DNA from: Clostridia bacterium
Lineage (GTDB): Bacteria; Bacillota; Clostridia; Oscillospirales; Acutalibacteraceae
Length of the DNA: 59,071 bases
Assembly: GCA_017630655.1 (NCBI GenBank)
Contig: JAGBUU010000049.1
Location: 1 to 59,071 of the forward strand
Direction: 5' to 3'
This document shows positions 48,503 to 57,169 of the stretch, piece after piece. Position numbers and translations under genes: made by a program. The stretch's first letter is position 1. Every line of letters starts with the position of its first letter. The notes under the pieces are model-generated. The model searched no databases. It saw nothing but the letters and a program-made list of their open reading frames with translations, and had not been told where the DNA came from.

Positions 48503-49921
48503 TTAAGGCATATTTTCGACTATATTATTTATCCACACGCCTTTTTTAACAAGAACAAAACCAATGATGCATTTTACCACGTCAAGCAACTGAATAATAA
48601 GAAACATGGGAAGCATGGGAAGCACTGTAAATCTTGATAAAATAAAGGCTAACGGGAAGGCGAGGCCCCAAGTAAAGCCACAGTCAAAAACCAGTGTTAT
48701 CATAGTCTTTCCACCCGAACGCAAAGCAAAATATGTGCCGTGTGCAAAGGCATAAAATGGCATTAGTGCGGCAACCACATAAAGCAGCTCCTTTGCCATT
48801 TCCCTTACAGTCTCTGTTGTGTTATATAATAGCGGTATAAAGGGAGCCGCGGCTATAAGCAAGCCCCCCATAATGACACAAACGACAACCGAGAGAAACA
48901 GCAATCTCCACACTGTTGTTTTTGCCTTTTCGTTCTCGCCTGCACCAAGATACTGGCCCGCCATAATAGCAATGGCATTACCCATTGAAAGAAATGCAAC
49001 ATTAAAGAGATTACTTGCTGTTGAGGAAATATTTGATGCGGCAACAACCTCAAGTCCACGGAGAGAATAGCACTGATTTAGCATAGCCATACCAAGCGAC
49101 CAGAAAAATTCGTTAATAAGTAGCGGTGAGCCCTTGCGTACAATATTTTGAAAGAGGTCAAGCGGTATTTTTGGGCTGCTGTACGCACCCTTAATGAATG
49201 GATATTTGTCACAATTTTTATGAATATAAATAATTATGATTGCCGCTTCTGCAAAGCGGGATAAAACCGTAGCAACAGCTGCTCCCACAACGCCGAGCGG
49301 TGCAAAGGGCAAAAAGGGCAAGCCTTTATTGCCGAAAATAAGAACATAGTTAAACAATAGGTTTACGCATATCGCCGTTACACTGGCAAGCATTGGTACC
49401 TTGGTTTCGCCAAGCTCACGAAGGGTGCTTCCGTATACCTGAGAGAAAGCAAACGGAACAAGCCCTATGAGCATTACAAAAAGGTAGTCAAGAGCGAATT
49501 TTAGCGTGTTTGCAGCATCCGTCGCGGCAGTGTCTTCTGCAAAGTACATTGATATTAATTGTTTTGGAAAAATGAGAAACACCGCAAAGGCTATTACTGA
49601 CATTAATGCGGCAATATACAGCTTCATTCTAAAGCAGTGGCGTATACCTTTATCATCCTTAGCACCAGCATACTGCGCGGCAAATATTCCCGCCCCTGCA
49701 AGACCACCGAAAATACAAAGATAGAATATAAAAAGCAGCTGATTTACAATTGCAACCGCCGACATTTCAAGTGTGCCTACAGCACCAATCATAACATTGT
49801 CTACAAGGCTGACAACATTGGAAACGGTGTTTTGAATTATTATTGGTAGCAAAATATTAAGCACTCTGCCATAAAAGCGTTTATCACCTATAAGTTTATT
49901 TTTAAGTGATTGAGTTTGCAT
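48503..49921 (-). CDS. MATE family efflux transporter
   Basis: 12-TM MATE pattern. Start set to ATG 49921 (AGGAGA 5 nt upstream), which overlaps the AraC gene end by 20 nt. Confidence 0.9.
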   Translation of the reverse strand: MQTQSLKNKLIGDKRFYGRVLNILLPIIIQNTVSNVVSLVDNVMIGAVGTLEMSAVAIVNQLLFIFYLCIFGGLAGAGIFAAQYAGAKDDKGIRHCFRMKLYIAALMSVIAFAVFLIFPKQLISMYFAEDTAATDAANTLKFALDYLFVMLIGLVPFAFSQVYGSTLRELGETKVPMLASVTAICVNLLFNYVLIFGNKGLPFLPFAPLGVVGAAVATVLSRFAEAAIIIIYIHKNCDKYPFIKGAYSSPKIPLDLFQNIVRKGSPLLINEFFWSLGMAMLNQCYSLRGLEVVAASNISSTASNLFNVAFLSMGNAIAIMAGQYLGAGENEKAKTTVWRLLFLSVVVCVIMGGLLIAAAPFIPLLYNTTETVREMAKELLYVVAALMPFYAFAHGTYFALRSGGKTMITLVFDCGFTWGLAFPLAFILSRFTVLPMLPMFLIIQLLDVVKCIIGFVLVKKGVWINNIVENMP

Positions 49922-50732
49922 TGACTTCTCCTTTACGGAATTTAAGAGGAGATACCCCTGTAAGCTTTTTAAAATCACGCAGGAAATTTGCCGAGTCGGA
50001 ATATCCACATGTTTTGCATACATCAGCAATACTTAAATTGGTGTCTAAAAGCAATTTTTTTGAATACTCAAGTCTTGCATTTTTAACAGCTGCATAAAGG
50101 GTCATTCCTTTGTGCTCTTTAAAAATTCTGTTTAAATAGTTAGGGTTCATCTTAAACTCTTCGGCAACGTCGGCAATTGTTAGCTTTTTTCTGAAGTTGT
50201 CTTCAATGTAAAGCATTACCTTTTCTACCTTGCTCTCATCCGATACATATATGTCCTCGGGCTTGTATTTTGCCCTTTCGAAAAACTCGGTAACAATAAT
50301 GTTTATAAGCCATTCCTGTATAAATATCTCGTTCTTAAAGAGCGCCTCTCCTCTGCTCTCCAGCATTAAAAAGAGGTTTTCGATATGCCTTGCGGGCTCA
50401 TCATCAAGCCTTGTTATAATGTCGGTTTTGCTTTTTAGCATTCCGTATGACATTTTTTCAGGCATACACTTAAGTGGCAAAATTATTCTGTGAACGGTAA
50501 GGGTATTGCTCACTTCAAAGGAATGGTAATCACGAAGTCTAACGGCGTACATAAGGCCTCTTTTGGCGGGATATTCCTTATTATTAAGCCTAAGTGTGCC
50601 CTCGCCGCTTGATATGAATTCTATCTGATACATATCGTGAAGATGCATCTCTTCACCGTTTGTTTCATATTTGTCGAATGCAACCTTATATGCCTGTCTG
50701 TAATAAAGCTGAATATGTCTTATATCCTTCAC
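49902..50732 (-). CDS. AraC family transcriptional regulator
   Basis: 276 aa. Cupin-like N-terminus and C-terminal HTH_AraC. Confidence 0.88.
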   Translation of the reverse strand: MKDIRHIQLYYRQAYKVAFDKYETNGEEMHLHDMYQIEFISSGEGTLRLNNKEYPAKRGLMYAVRLRDYHSFEVSNTLTVHRIILPLKCMPEKMSYGMLKSKTDIITRLDDEPARHIENLFLMLESRGEALFKNEIFIQEWLINIIVTEFFERAKYKPEDIYVSDESKVEKVMLYIEDNFRKKLTIADVAEEFKMNPNYLNRIFKEHKGMTLYAAVKNARLEYSKKLLLDTNLSIADVCKTCGYSDSANFLRDFKKLTGVSPLKFRKGEVNANSIT

Positions 50733-50736
50733 GATA

Positions 50737-51594
50737 TTATTTCCTTTCGGTTATATAGTTTGAAATGCTTGCAAGCTCGCTCATTGTAAGGCTTTCTCCC
50801 CTTGCGGTCTCGCTAAGATTTGCACTGCTCAGTGCCTCGCGGAGAAGGTCTTTAGAAACACCTATGGAAGAAGAAACTGTGTTAACAAGGGTCTTTCTTC
50901 TTTGGGCAAATGCTGCCTTTATAAAGCGAAAAAAAGCCTTTTCATCCAAAAGCTCTATTTCCGGATTTTCTCTTAATGTAAGTTTAATTACCGCCGAATC
51001 CACATTAGGTGGGGGCATAAAGGAATCTCTGTCCACCTCGAAGAGTATTTCTGCCTTGGCATAGTAATTTACGGCGACCGTAACCGCACCAGATTCCCTG
51101 CTGCCAACCTCGGCACAAAGACGCTCTGCCGCTTCCTTTTGCACCATAACGGTTATATTCTCAATGGGAAGCTTTGCCTCTAATAGCATCATAATTATAG
51201 GCGAGGTTATATAGTATGGTAAGTTGGCACAAACTGCCACCTTTTTACAATCGGAAAACTTCTCTCTAATGAGGGCCGCAAGGTCAATTTTCATAGCGTC
51301 ACCGAAAATTACCTCTACATTGTCCTTGTCGCCAAGGGTCTTGGCGAGAACAGGTTTTAATCTGTTATCAAGTTCAATTGCTACAACCTTTTTAGCGTTC
51401 GCAGCAAGCTCTCTTGTAAGCACGCCTGCACCCGGACCTATTTCAAGGGCACCTGTGTCCTTGTCACAGGCGTTTTTTGCCATTTCGGGACAAACATCAG
51501 GATTAACAAGAAAATTTTGCCCAAGTGATTTTTTTGTATTAAAGCCTTCACTTTTAAGTATTTTTTGTAGGGTATTATAGTCGGCAAGGTTCAT
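50737..51594 (-). CDS. rsmA: 16S rRNA (adenine1518/1519-N6)-dimethyltransferase
   Basis: 285 aa. KsgA pattern (KKSLGQNFL, EIGPGAG, NLPYYI). Confidence 0.96.
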   Translation of the reverse strand: MNLADYNTLQKILKSEGFNTKKSLGQNFLVNPDVCPEMAKNACDKDTGALEIGPGAGVLTRELAANAKKVVAIELDNRLKPVLAKTLGDKDNVEVIFGDAMKIDLAALIREKFSDCKKVAVCANLPYYITSPIIMMLLEAKLPIENITVMVQKEAAERLCAEVGSRESGAVTVAVNYYAKAEILFEVDRDSFMPPPNVDSAVIKLTLRENPEIELLDEKAFFRFIKAAFAQRRKTLVNTVSSSIGVSKDLLREALSSANLSETARGESLTMSELASISNYITERK

Positions 51595-51797
51595 TGTAAT
51601 TTCTCCAACAAAAACATATTTTTAAACTTATTCGCATATTTTTACAATGTCTATTATACCATATATTATAATCTTTTCAATATCTTTTTTAGCAAAAAAA
51701 GATATGTTTTGTATTTGTGCGACGTACATTTGTATGTTCCTACAAAACAAAAAGTCCAAAGCCTACAAATTTCGTTTTATTTTATAAAAGGCTTCTA

Positions 51798-51826
51798 TTG
51801 ACAAACCGCCTTTAAAAGTTTATACT
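51798..51826 (+). promoter_or_regulatory. sigma-A promoter for gdhA
   Basis: TTGACA (51798-51803), 17 nt, TATACT (51821-51826). Confidence 0.55.
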
Positions 51827-51874
51827 TTAGTATGTTAAAATTTAAGTGTAAAGTTTATTTAGGAGGATATGATT

Positions 51875-53224
51875 ATGCTTAAGAATGAATATCTTAAAAA
51901 GGTTTACGCCGATGTTGAGAAGCGTAACTCGAGCGAGCCTGAGTTTTTACAGGCAGTGCTTGAAGTTCTCGAATCGTTAGAGCCTGTAGTTGAACAGAAC
52001 CCCAAGTTTGAAAAGGCAGGCGTTATCGAGCGTATGGTTGAGCCCGAGCGTCAGATTTTCTTCCGCGTTCCCTGGGTTGACGATAATGGTCAGGTTCAGG
52101 TTAACCGTGGTTTCAGAGTTCAGTTTAACTCGGCTATAGGTCCCTACAAGGGCGGTATCCGTTTCCATCCCTCTGTTAACGCTTCTATTATGAAGTTCTT
52201 GGGCTTCGAGCAGACCTTTAAAAACAGCCTTACCTCTCTCCCTATGGGCGGCGGTAAGGGTGGTGCCGACTTCGACCCCAGAGGAAAGTCAGATATGGAG
52301 GTTATGCGTTTTTGCCAGAGCTTTATGACCGAGCTTCAGCGTCATATCGGTGCAGATACCGATGTTCCTGCAGGTGATATCGGTGTTGGTGCACGTGAGG
52401 TTGGCTATATGTATGGTCAATATAAGCGTCTTCGCAACGAATTTACAGGTGTTCTCACCGGTAAGGGCATTTCCTACGGCGGTTCTCTTATCCGTCCCGA
52501 AGCTACCGGTTTTGGTGCAGTTTACTATGTAGATAACATGCTTGCTTCTTTCGGTGAGGAAATTAAGGGCAAGACCTTTGCTGTTTCGGGCTTTGGTAAC
52601 GTTGCCTGGGGTACCGTTAAGAAGATTAACGAGCTTGGTGGTAAGGTTGTTACCATATCGGGTCCCGACGGATACATATATGATGAAAACGGCGTTTCTA
52701 CCGAAGAAAAGGTTAACTTTATGCTTGAGATGAGAGCTTCCGGCAGAGATAAGGTTCAGGATTATGCTGACAAGTTTGGCGTTCCCTTCTATGCAGGTCA
52801 GCGTCCTTGGAACACAAAGGTTGACATTGTTATGCCTTGTGCTACCCAAAACGAAGTTGGTATTGAAGATGCTAAGAACATTGTTGCAAACGGCGTTAAG
52901 TACTATGTTGAGGTTGCTAATATGCCCACTACCGCAGAGGCAATGTCATACCTTAAGGAAAACGGACTTGTTATTGCTCCCTCCAAGGCAGTTAATGCCG
53001 GCGGCGTTGCAGTTTCGGGTCTTGAGATGAGCCAGAACTCTATGCGTTACAGCTGGACCGCAGAAGAGGTTGATGCTAAACTTAAGCAGATTATGAAGAA
53101 CATCTTCGAAGCATCTGCTGCCGCTGCTAAGAAGTACGGAATGGAAGGCGACCTTGTTGCAGGCGCTAACATTGCAGGCTTTGAAAAGGTTGCAGAGGCT
53201 ATGATTGCTCAGGGCGTTTGCTAA
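51875..53224 (+). CDS. gdhA: NADP-specific glutamate dehydrogenase
   Basis: GDH motif (LPMGGGKGG) and Rossmann GFGNVAWG. Start set to the second ATG at 51875 (AGGAGG 8 nt upstream). The ORF-track start is 51869. Confidence 0.95.
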   Translation: MLKNEYLKKVYADVEKRNSSEPEFLQAVLEVLESLEPVVEQNPKFEKAGVIERMVEPERQIFFRVPWVDDNGQVQVNRGFRVQFNSAIGPYKGGIRFHPSVNASIMKFLGFEQTFKNSLTSLPMGGGKGGADFDPRGKSDMEVMRFCQSFMTELQRHIGADTDVPAGDIGVGAREVGYMYGQYKRLRNEFTGVLTGKGISYGGSLIRPEATGFGAVYYVDNMLASFGEEIKGKTFAVSGFGNVAWGTVKKINELGGKVVTISGPDGYIYDENGVSTEEKVNFMLEMRASGRDKVQDYADKFGVPFYAGQRPWNTKVDIVMPCATQNEVGIEDAKNIVANGVKYYVEVANMPTTAEAMSYLKENGLVIAPSKAVNAGGVAVSGLEMSQNSMRYSWTAEEVDAKLKQIMKNIFEASAAAAKKYGMEGDLVAGANIAGFEKVAEAMIAQGVC

Positions 53225-53235
53225 TTTACACATTT

Positions 53236-53547
53236 AAAAAGGCTATCCAAAACGGGTGGTGCGATTAGGGATGAAATGCCTTAAAAAGCAAAATTTTGTG
53301 TTCTAATGTGTTAAAAAGCCACGGTATGCGTCAGCATTACCGTGGCTTTTCGCCTTTTATTCCACTAAAATTTTTTCTTTTTAAGGTGCGATGCAGTTTT
53401 GTAAGAATAAATTTGCATACGTTTCGAAGTTTTAGAAACGCAGTAATACTTTGTGTCTTACAAGATTCTAAAACAAGAATAAGTGCAAATTTATCTGAAA
53501 AACCAATTTATCCCTAACCGCACCACCCGAATTGGATAGCCTTTTTT
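53236..53547. repeat. 37-nt inverted repeat pair (34/37) bracketing a 237-bp segment
   Basis: IR-L is 53236-53272 (aaaaaggctatccaaaacgggtggtgcgattagggat). IR-R is 53510-53547 (atccctaaccgcaccacccgaattggatagcctttttt). Confidence 0.85.
53314..53350. terminator. Bidirectional terminator inside the IR-bounded segment
   Basis: 13-bp stem aaaagccacggta / taccgtggctttt with an 11-nt loop. Confidence 0.75.
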
Positions 53548-53550
53548 ATT

Positions 53551-54063
53551 TTATAAAAGTTTTCTTGTGAAACTTCCGCTCTCAAAGATTATATAACCAT
53601 TACCTGTGTTTTCCTTTGGAATGGAAATCGAGCCGGGATTTATATAGCGAAGACCGTTACACATTTCGTCTGCTGCAACGTGAGTATGACCGCAAAGAAG
53701 AATATCTCCCTCTTTTAAGGGCGGCGGATTATCCCTACCAAATTTGTGACCGTGGGTTGCATAAATATCTATGCCGTCTACAGATATTAGTGCATAGTCG
53801 GAAAGTATGGGAAAAGGGAGCACCATCTGGTCAACTTCGGTGTCACAGTTTCCCTTTACACATAGTATTTCATTTTTATATTCAGCAAGCATTTCTATAA
53901 CCTTTTTAGGCGCATAGTCTTTTGGTAGGTCGTTTCTTGGTCCGTGGTACAAAATGTCACCAAGAAGTAACATTCTGTCGGCTTTTTCGCTCCTGTAAGC
54001 ATTAAGCATTTTTTCGCACCAGTGGGCACTGCCGTGAATATCAGATGCAATAAATAATTTCAT
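53551..54063 (-). CDS. yfcE: Metallophosphoesterase, YfcE/MJ0936 family
   Basis: 170 aa. Motifs SDIHG, GDILYHGPRN, GNCD and GHTH. Confidence 0.9.
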   Translation of the reverse strand: MKLFIASDIHGSAHWCEKMLNAYRSEKADRMLLLGDILYHGPRNDLPKDYAPKKVIEMLAEYKNEILCVKGNCDTEVDQMVLPFPILSDYALISVDGIDIYATHGHKFGRDNPPPLKEGDILLCGHTHVAADEMCNGLRYINPGSISIPKENTGNGYIIFESGSFTRKLL

Positions 54064-54072
54064 TTTAAACCT

Positions 54073-55527
54073 CTAACATTGTTTCATAAGTCTTATATAG
54101 AATTCAACCGCACGGTGCGCACAATCTACCCTTATACGCTCATTATTGCCGTGAATTGTAGCCCTTTCTTCTGCGGTTAAGTCCATTGCAGAAAAGCGGT
54201 AAACCTTATCGGAAATTCTGCCCCAATGGCGAGAGTCCGAACACTGCACCATAAGGTAAGGCGATACGATACAGCCACGCCAGGTGGACGCAACCGCAGT
54301 TGCCACCTTATTATATCCCTCACAATTTGTAACAGAAATTCGAGATGGGTTCATACCGCCAAGCAATTTAATTTCAACTGTGTCATCGTTAACTGTTTTC
54401 TTTAGATACTCCATAGCAGTATCAATATTATCCATTGGGTTAAGACGCATATTAGAAACCATTGCGGCTTTTGGCGGAATAACATTTGGTGCCGAGGAGC
54501 CCTCCATTTGAGTAAAGGCGACCGTTGTTCTCATTAAAGCATTAATTTCACCGCCGCTTTTTTTGCAAAGGAATGTGTCTATTAATCCTTTAAATAACCA
54601 AAGGTTTGAGAAAACAATTTTGAAAACAAAGGAAGAATGTCTGCCAAGCGTGTCAAAAAGTTGTTTTACAGGCGGAGTTATATGATATTTAAAGGGATTA
54701 GCCTCCACCCTGCAGCAAGCCTTAGAGAGAATGCCTACAGGGGTATGAGGCTTTGGTGCAGAGGCGTGACCGCCTGCCGTTTTGGTGGAGTATTCCACAT
54801 TCATCATACCCTTTTCGGCAATGCCGATAAGGCCACAGGGTTTCTTTACGCCGGGGAAAACATTTTCCACAACCGCACCGCCCTCATCGACAACTATAGA
54901 GGGTGTAATTCCCTTGTCTTCAAAGTAATTCACAATGTTTAAAGCACCGTTGCCATTAACCTCTTCGCCGCCGGAGAAAGCAAAGTAAATATCATTTTCG
55001 GGGATAAAGCCTTGCTGTATAAGATGCTCGGCGGCAGAGAGCACGCCACCAAAGGTAACCTTTGTATCAAGTGTGCCGCGGCCCCACAAAACGCCGTCTT
55101 CAAGTATTGCCTCAAAGGGTGGTTTTTCCCACATATCTTCATTTACTGGAACAACATCATAGTGTGCCATTAAAACGGCAGGGTCGCCGTTCTTTTTACC
55201 CTTCCATTTAAACAGCAGTGCACGGTCGGGCAGTTCGCTATATTCACAAGCATTAAAAACATTTGGGTAAAGTTTGGGTAGAAGGGTAAGCAGTTTATCA
55301 AACTCGGCATTATCTTCGAGTGATTTATCAGTGTAGGATATTGTTTTGCACTTTACAAGCTCTGCAAGGCGGGTTATTACGATATCTTTATCGAAAACCT
55401 CTTCACTCTCTATAACTTTAACATTGTCTTTTGGGTTGAAGGTGGCTGCACGGATAAGCAAGAAGGCTATAAAGCAGGGAACCAATATCGCTAAACTCAA
55501 ATATACATATACCATTATTAAAGCCAT
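54073..55527 (-). CDS. M20 family metallopeptidase with an N-terminal membrane anchor
   Basis: 484 aa. TM helix followed by M20 motifs (MAHYDVVP, GRGTLDTK, GGEE). The start could instead be ATG 55515. Confidence 0.85.
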   Translation of the reverse strand: MALIMVYVYLSLAILVPCFIAFLLIRAATFNPKDNVKVIESEEVFDKDIVITRLAELVKCKTISYTDKSLEDNAEFDKLLTLLPKLYPNVFNACEYSELPDRALLFKWKGKKNGDPAVLMAHYDVVPVNEDMWEKPPFEAILEDGVLWGRGTLDTKVTFGGVLSAAEHLIQQGFIPENDIYFAFSGGEEVNGNGALNIVNYFEDKGITPSIVVDEGGAVVENVFPGVKKPCGLIGIAEKGMMNVEYSTKTAGGHASAPKPHTPVGILSKACCRVEANPFKYHITPPVKQLFDTLGRHSSFVFKIVFSNLWLFKGLIDTFLCKKSGGEINALMRTTVAFTQMEGSSAPNVIPPKAAMVSNMRLNPMDNIDTAMEYLKKTVNDDTVEIKLLGGMNPSRISVTNCEGYNKVATAVASTWRGCIVSPYLMVQCSDSRHWGRISDKVYRFSAMDLTAEERATIHGNNERIRVDCAHRAVEFYIRLMKQC

Positions 55528-56183
55528 CCTTTTTTATACATAATACGGGCCACACCTAAAGTAAACAGTACTCCAACAGGCACCATAATGCCAACCGTTG
55601 ACTTATTTAATGCGGGAATAAAAATAAAGAGAATAAGCATTAAAACGATGGGGGCAATAGATAGTTTTACATTTTTAGAAATGAAAACCACACCGAGTCC
55701 GCCAAATAGGGCGGGAAGTATCATTTCAAAAGCGGGCTCTAAAATCGGGTTTTCGAGAATTGGCTGAAGAGGCACTATGAAGAGCACGCCTAAAATAATT
55801 ATTATAGTTGTAACAATTGAGGAAACTGCAATGGAGATGGTAGAGAGCACCTCACCCTCTTCACTGTTTGCCTTAACCCCTGCTCTTTCCATTGCATCTA
55901 CCGCACAGGGAAGCTTGAGGTTTGAAATGTTGCCTGTTACAAAGGAAAGGTATGTGCCGCCTGCACCAAGCATTGGAACATATGTAAAAATTTCAATAAA
56001 GCCTACCGCCCAATACATAGGAAGCGTAGCAATAAGGCCTTTAACTAAGGCGTCCCACTGAGGCACAGCACTGAAAATAATACAAAGTGCCAAGGGGACT
56101 ATAAGAATCATTCCACCAAGGACTAAACCCCAGATTTTGCCGTAGTAATGAACAGAATCCATATAAGACATATTCTTTTTCAT
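55518..56183 (-). CDS. Polytopic membrane protein, unknown function
   Basis: 221 aa with about 6 TM helices. AAGGAGGG SD. Confidence 0.65.
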   Translation of the reverse strand: MKKNMSYMDSVHYYGKIWGLVLGGMILIVPLALCIIFSAVPQWDALVKGLIATLPMYWAVGFIEIFTYVPMLGAGGTYLSFVTGNISNLKLPCAVDAMERAGVKANSEEGEVLSTISIAVSSIVTTIIIILGVLFIVPLQPILENPILEPAFEMILPALFGGLGVVFISKNVKLSIAPIVLMLILFIFIPALNKSTVGIMVPVGVLFTLGVARIMYKKGWL

Positions 56184-56196
56184 TCCTTAGCCCTCC

Positions 56197-56952
56197 TTAT
56201 ACCGTCGGTACGGCAAAGCCGCCGAAAATATTGCTGAAAAGAATTGCCGATGCCATACCGCAAAGAAGACTTATTGGTAAGGCGTAATCGGTCATCCAGC
56301 GGATTTTAAATTTGGTTGAAAGTATGCCAAGCACAGCCATAACAACTGCAGACACCACCATTACGCAAACGGGGGTAAGACCCTGAAGATGACCATTGGA
56401 AATATATGTAACATCGCAGAAAACGTAGCCTAAAAAAGCAGAAATCATACCAAGGAACATAGCGTTAGAAAAGATTTCTCCCCATTTTTTATCCTTCATA
56501 CCAATTTTGCTAACACCTGTTTGCACCTTTTTTGTGATAAAGGGCACAAGAATAAGGCCAAGTGCAATTGAAAGGGTCATAACCCAAAGGACTGTAACAA
56601 ACACGGTAGGGTCGGTAACAAGTTTGCTCATATCCTGACCTAAGGGCTCCATTGCATTTTGGGCTGCAATAACCTCATAGGATAGCGAGCCGATAACCGA
56701 AAGACGAAGCCACGGAAGTGCTACGCCAAGGCTCTTTGATAAAACAACTACGCCGACTAAAATTGCAACTGCAGGCGCAATGGTGAATATAGCGGATGAA
56801 GAAATTGTCTTTTTAACTGTGGTAGTTTTAATGCCAAGCTCCTTTGCTCTTTTTAAAGCACGAACAAGAAAAAACACCGACTGCAAAAGCACAATGGCAA
56901 CAATTATACCGACAATTACAAAAATTATAGGATGATTTGCAGAAAACTCCAT
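56197..56952 (-). CDS. Polytopic membrane protein (DUF5058-like)
   Basis: 251 aa with about 6 TM helices. AAAGGGGA SD. The family name comes from recollection only. Confidence 0.65.
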   Translation of the reverse strand: MEFSANHPIIFVIVGIIVAIVLLQSVFFLVRALKRAKELGIKTTTVKKTISSSAIFTIAPAVAILVGVVVLSKSLGVALPWLRLSVIGSLSYEVIAAQNAMEPLGQDMSKLVTDPTVFVTVLWVMTLSIALGLILVPFITKKVQTGVSKIGMKDKKWGEIFSNAMFLGMISAFLGYVFCDVTYISNGHLQGLTPVCVMVVSAVVMAVLGILSTKFKIRWMTDYALPISLLCGMASAILFSNIFGGFAVPTV

Positions 56953-56981
56953 AATTTTTCCCCTTTAATTTATTTTTATAT

Positions 56982-57010
56982 ATTTTAACATATAAATATG
57001 GGTTGTTCAA
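56982..57010 (-). promoter_or_regulatory. sigma-A promoter for the membrane-pair/M20 operon
   Basis: Minus strand reads TTGAAC, 17 nt, TGtTAAAAT. Confidence 0.55.
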
Positions 57011-57014
57011 CAAT

Positions 57015-57047
57015 AAAAAAGAGAGATGCAGTGCATCTCTCTTTTTT
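57015..57047 (-). terminator. Rho-independent terminator closing the upp transcript
   Basis: Stem gagagatgca / tgcatctctc flanked by A6 and T6. Confidence 0.85.
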
Positions 57048-57144
57048 ATTTAGTTGACAAATCGTGATTTTGCCGCAAGGCTAACGCCTTGCAAAAAATT
57101 ACGCAAAGTCAGATGATTAAAGGCGGTGAGCGAAACCGTATAGG

Positions 57145-57168
57145 GTTCGACTCTTGCCAACTTAAAGT
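57145..57168. repeat. 24-nt motif, copy B (ACTTTAAGTTGGCAAGAGTCGAAC on the minus strand)
   Basis: Starts one nt after the upp TAA. 23/24 identical to 24011-24034 in inverted genomic orientation. Confidence 0.9.
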
Positions 57169-57169
57169 T

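Noticed and set aside
53400-53490. GTTTTAGAA / TTCTAAAAC sequences reminiscent of type II CRISPR repeats or tracrRNA
   Set aside because: This is a single inverted pair, not a direct-repeat array. There are no spacers and no cas genes in the window.
57105-57160. tRNA-like 3' fragment (GGGTTCGACTCTTGCCA) that might mark an integration scar
   Set aside because: The T stem does not pair. The segment is only about 57 nt between the putative acceptor halves, and no cloverleaf can be drawn. The similarity is limited to a TTCGA-type loop.
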